DNA of 50,740 bases from an uncultured Microbacterium sp. (lineage in GTDB: Bacteria > Actinomycetota > Actinomycetes > Actinomycetales > Microbacteriaceae). The notes below the pieces were generated by a model that did not search any database, had not been told where the DNA came from, and was given only the letters and a program-made list of their open reading frames with translations. Of the stretch, positions 48,328 to 50,740 are shown piece by piece. The stretch covers positions 1-50,740 of the forward strand of contig CALANM010000091.1 of the NCBI GenBank assembly GCA_937926065.1, written 5' to 3'. Every line of letters begins with the position of its first letter. Positions within the stretch are counted from its first letter, which is position 1. Both the position numbers and the translations under genes were made by a program.

Positions 48328-49557
48328 GTGATGGAACTCACTCCGTCCACGATCTGGATCGTCACCAGCGCCGCGCTGGTGCTTTTCATGACCCCCGGCC
48401 TGGCCTTCTTCTACGGCGGCCTGGTGAAGGCGAAGAGCGTCGTCAGCATGATCATGATGAGCTTCGGAGCCATCGCCCTGATCAGCGTGCTGTGGGTGCT
48501 CTACGGCTACATGATGTACACCGGCGCCGGCGGTGACGGCGGCTACTTCGACGGTGCGGCGGGCCTCATTCCCGGCATCGTCGGAAACCCGTTCGCCGGC
48601 TTCGGCCTGACCGCGGAGGGCATCGACCTCGTCGACGTCGCGTTCGGCGCCACCTTCGCGATCATCACGACGGCCCTCATCTCGGGTGCCATCGCCGACC
48701 GCGCCAAGTTCGGCCCCTGGCTGCTGTTCGCCGGCGTCTGGTCCACTCTCGTCTACTTCCCGGTGGCCGGCTGGGTGTGGGGCGGCGGCTGGATCCAGTC
48801 GTGGACGATCGGCGACTTCGCCGTCATCGACCTGGCCGGTGGGACCGCCGTGCACATCAACGCCGGTGCCGCCGCCCTCGCCCTCGCGCTCGTCCTCGGC
48901 AAGCGCGTCGGGTTCCAGAAGGGCATCAACAAGCCGCACAACGTCCCGTTCGTCGTCCTCGGCGCTTCGATCCTGTGGTTCGGCTGGTTCGGCTTCAACA
49001 CGGGCCTCTCGGGCACGCACGAGGACCTCGGCCTCGCGTTCCTCAACACGATCGCCGCTCCCGCCGCCGCCGTGCTCGGGTGGCTGCTCGTCGAGAAGCT
49101 CAAGGACGGCAAGGCGACCTCTGTCGGAGCCGCCTCGGGTGCCGTCGCCGGTCTCGTCGCCATCACCCCGTCGGCCGGCGCGCTGACCCCCGGCTGGGCG
49201 ATCGTGCTCGGCGTCATCTCCGGCGTCGTGGCCGCCTTCGCGATCGAGCTCAAGTGGAAGCTCGGGTACGACGACGCGCTCGACGTGGTGGGCATCCACC
49301 TGGTCGCCGGCTTCATCGGCACCGTGTTCATCGGCTTCGTCGGCACCGACGTGGGCCTGTTCACGGGCGGCGACTTCTCTCAGATCGTCCTGCAGACCGT
49401 CTCGGCTCTCGCTGTCGCTCTGTACTCGTTCGTCATCGCCTTCGTCATCGGCTTCATCATCGAGAAGACGATCGGCTTCCGTGTGAAGAACGAGGACGAG
49501 ATCGCCGGCATCGACACCGTCGTGCACGGCGAGGAGGGCTACGCACTCGTCGACTGA
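48328..49557 (+). CDS. amt: Ammonium transporter (Amt family)
   Basis: FMTPGLAFFYGG, DLAGGTAVH, WFGWFGFN, LVAITP, DDALDVVGIH, C-terminal HGEEGY. Start is 48328 or 48331. Confidence 0.96.
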   Translation: MMELTPSTIWIVTSAALVLFMTPGLAFFYGGLVKAKSVVSMIMMSFGAIALISVLWVLYGYMMYTGAGGDGGYFDGAAGLIPGIVGNPFAGFGLTAEGIDLVDVAFGATFAIITTALISGAIADRAKFGPWLLFAGVWSTLVYFPVAGWVWGGGWIQSWTIGDFAVIDLAGGTAVHINAGAAALALALVLGKRVGFQKGINKPHNVPFVVLGASILWFGWFGFNTGLSGTHEDLGLAFLNTIAAPAAAVLGWLLVEKLKDGKATSVGAASGAVAGLVAITPSAGALTPGWAIVLGVISGVVAAFAIELKWKLGYDDALDVVGIHLVAGFIGTVFIGFVGTDVGLFTGGDFSQIVLQTVSALAVALYSFVIAFVIGFIIEKTIGFRVKNEDEIAGIDTVVHGEEGYALVD

Positions 49558-49581
49558 TCCCCTCGACACGAACAGCATCAT

Positions 49582-49609
49582 GGGGCGTCGGACTTCGGTC
49601 CGGCGCCCC
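49582..49609 (+). terminator. Terminator-like hairpin after amt
   Basis: GGGGCGTCGGAC-TTCG-GTCCGGCGCCCC (UUCG tetraloop), short T tail. Confidence 0.75.
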
Positions 49610-49676
49610 TTGGCGTGTGTCCATGCGCCCGCGGCGCGCGTGACGCTCTGGCGCTTCCGGGCGCTAGTGTGTCGGG

Positions 49677-50243
49677 ATGGGCGCGTCAGGCAAGGACTCC
49701 TTCGCGAAGGGCCTCGTGAAAGGGATCGTCAATGTCTTCGCCGGGGGCCTTCCCATGGTCGACGAGCAGCTGGAGCGCGCGGCTCGCACGACCACCGACA
49801 CGGTCGCTGCGTCGCCGGGAAGCTCGGGGGGCACTCAGACCGTCGAGGTGGTGCCCCCAGCGCCGCGCGACCTCGTGATCACGTACGCGCCGGATCGCGA
49901 TGGCGAACCCGATGCCGGAGAGGTCGTCTGGACGTGGGTTCCCTATGCGGAGAACGACGGCCGAGGCAAGGACCGCCCCGTCCTGGTGATCGCGCATCAG
50001 GACGCCGAGCGTGTCTACGCGGTGAAGCTCACGAGTAAGTCGCACGACGGCGATCGAGACTTCCTGTTCGTGGGGCCGGGGGAGTGGGACTCCGCCGGAC
50101 GCCCGTCGTGGGCCGACCTCGATCAGGTCTACAGCGTGCACGTCGAGGGCATGCGCCGTGAGGCATCGGCGCTCGACGCCCAGCGCTTCGCGGTCGTCGC
50201 GCAGGCGCTGCAGGCGCGTCACGGCTGGGCTGTCGACGTCTGA
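49677..50243 (+). CDS. PemK/MazF-like protein (actinobacterial Rv2405 type)
   Basis: YAPDRDGEPDAGEVVWTWVPYAENDGRGKDRPVLV, LTSK, WDSAGRPSW, MRRE. Confidence 0.82.
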   Translation: MGASGKDSFAKGLVKGIVNVFAGGLPMVDEQLERAARTTTDTVAASPGSSGGTQTVEVVPPAPRDLVITYAPDRDGEPDAGEVVWTWVPYAENDGRGKDRPVLVIAHQDAERVYAVKLTSKSHDGDRDFLFVGPGEWDSAGRPSWADLDQVYSVHVEGMRREASALDAQRFAVVAQALQARHGWAVDV

Positions 50244-50302
50244 ACTGCAGCACACGCTTCCCAACGGGAGCGTGGCTGGTCACCTCATACACAGGGCGAA
50301 CG

Positions 50303-50333
50303 ACGAAGCCCCCGGCGCAACCGGGGGCTTCGT
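50303..50333. terminator. Terminator between convergent pemK-like gene and tRNA-Val
   Basis: ACGAAGCCCCCGG-CGCAA-CCGGGGGCTTCGT. Confidence 0.85.
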
Positions 50334-50335
50334 AT

Positions 50336-50411
50336 TGGTGGGCGATACCAGACTCGAACTGATGACCTCTTCCGTGTGAAGGAAGCGCGCTACCAACTGC
50401 GCCAATCGCCC
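50336..50411 (-). tRNA. tRNA-Val(CAC)
   Basis: Reverse complement GGGCGATTGGCGCAGTTGGTAGCGCGCTTCCTTCACACGGAAGAGGTCATCAGTTCGAGTCTGGTATCGCCCACCA; anticodon CAC; CCA encoded. Confidence 0.97.
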
Positions 50412-50560
50412 AAGACCTCGAAGGGCCGAGAACCGATGCTACCGGATGCGGCCGGGTTCTTCGAATCCGACACAAGACACGCGCGGGTTGCGGGTCCGGT
50501 TTTGCACTCCGCGAATCTTCGACTAAAGTCAATGAAGTTCCCGGGGCAACCAGGGAGCAC

Positions 50561-50633
50561 GCGGATGTAGCGCAGTTGGTAGCGCATCACCTTGCCAAGG
50601 TGAGGGTCGCGAGTTCGAGTCTCGTCATCCGCT
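50561..50633 (+). tRNA. tRNA-Gly(GCC)
   Basis: GCGGATG/CATCCGC acceptor stem, CACC-TTGCCAA-GGTG anticodon arm; CCA not encoded. Upstream TTGCAC (50502) and TAAAGT (50524). Confidence 0.97.
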
Positions 50634-50688
50634 CGAGTGCGGGGATCCCTTTTCGAAGGGATCACGACACGTGGGTCGAACCACACAC

Positions 50689-50740
50689 GGTGGCGTGGCC
50701 GAGCGGCTAGGCACCGGCCTGCAAAGCCGTTTACACGGGT
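50689..50740 (+). tRNA. tRNA-Cys(GCA), truncated by window end
   Basis: GGTGGCGTGGCCGAGCGGCTAGGCACCGGC-CTGCAAA-GCCG; anticodon GCA; follows tRNA-Gly as in the usual Gly-Cys cluster. Confidence 0.92.

Noticed and set aside
266-49581. Many long antisense or alternate-frame ORFs (e.g. 266-1966, 18427-20043, 23237-25042, 32989-35649, 35892-38030, 45866-48316, 48079-49581)
   Set aside because: They shadow well-supported genes, have no recognisable motifs, and are expected from stop-codon scarcity in high-GC DNA.
50644-50663. Hairpin GATCCCT-N6-AGGGATC between tRNA-Gly and tRNA-Cys
   Set aside because: A short spacer stem-loop typical of tRNA operons; no evidence for a separate RNA.

Overview
High-GC actinobacterial chromosomal region whose gene content and order resemble Microbacteriaceae (Microbacterium-like; inference). 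It is almost entirely core housekeeping: a TetR/acyl-CoA dehydrogenase/CitE remnant, sirtuin, TrmH, SF2 helicase, VIT1, tRNA-Leu, a frameshifted M20 peptidase, uppP, PAC2, trmI-fkbP-pafBC-tatAC-helY-lnt, convergent topoisomerase IV subunits, sepH-dut cluster, aconitase, dxs, pepN, fadBA, RNase D, zapE, amt, an orphan PemK-like gene and tRNA-Val/Gly/Cys. I found no mobile element, CRISPR array, prophage or defence island, and I cannot support a wholly new multi-gene system here. The most interesting signals are cis-regulatory or are gene absences. They include an exact PafBC-type promoter before an uncharacterised helicase, a pafBC locus lacking the Pup-proteasome genes, two BkaR-type operators on a truncated catabolic operon, and GlnR-like boxes at amt and the sirtuin. 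There is also a 24-bp palindrome before aconitase, pervasive leaderless promoter geometry, and an Amt with a substituted ammonium-binding site. All family assignments come from motif recognition by eye; no database searches were run.
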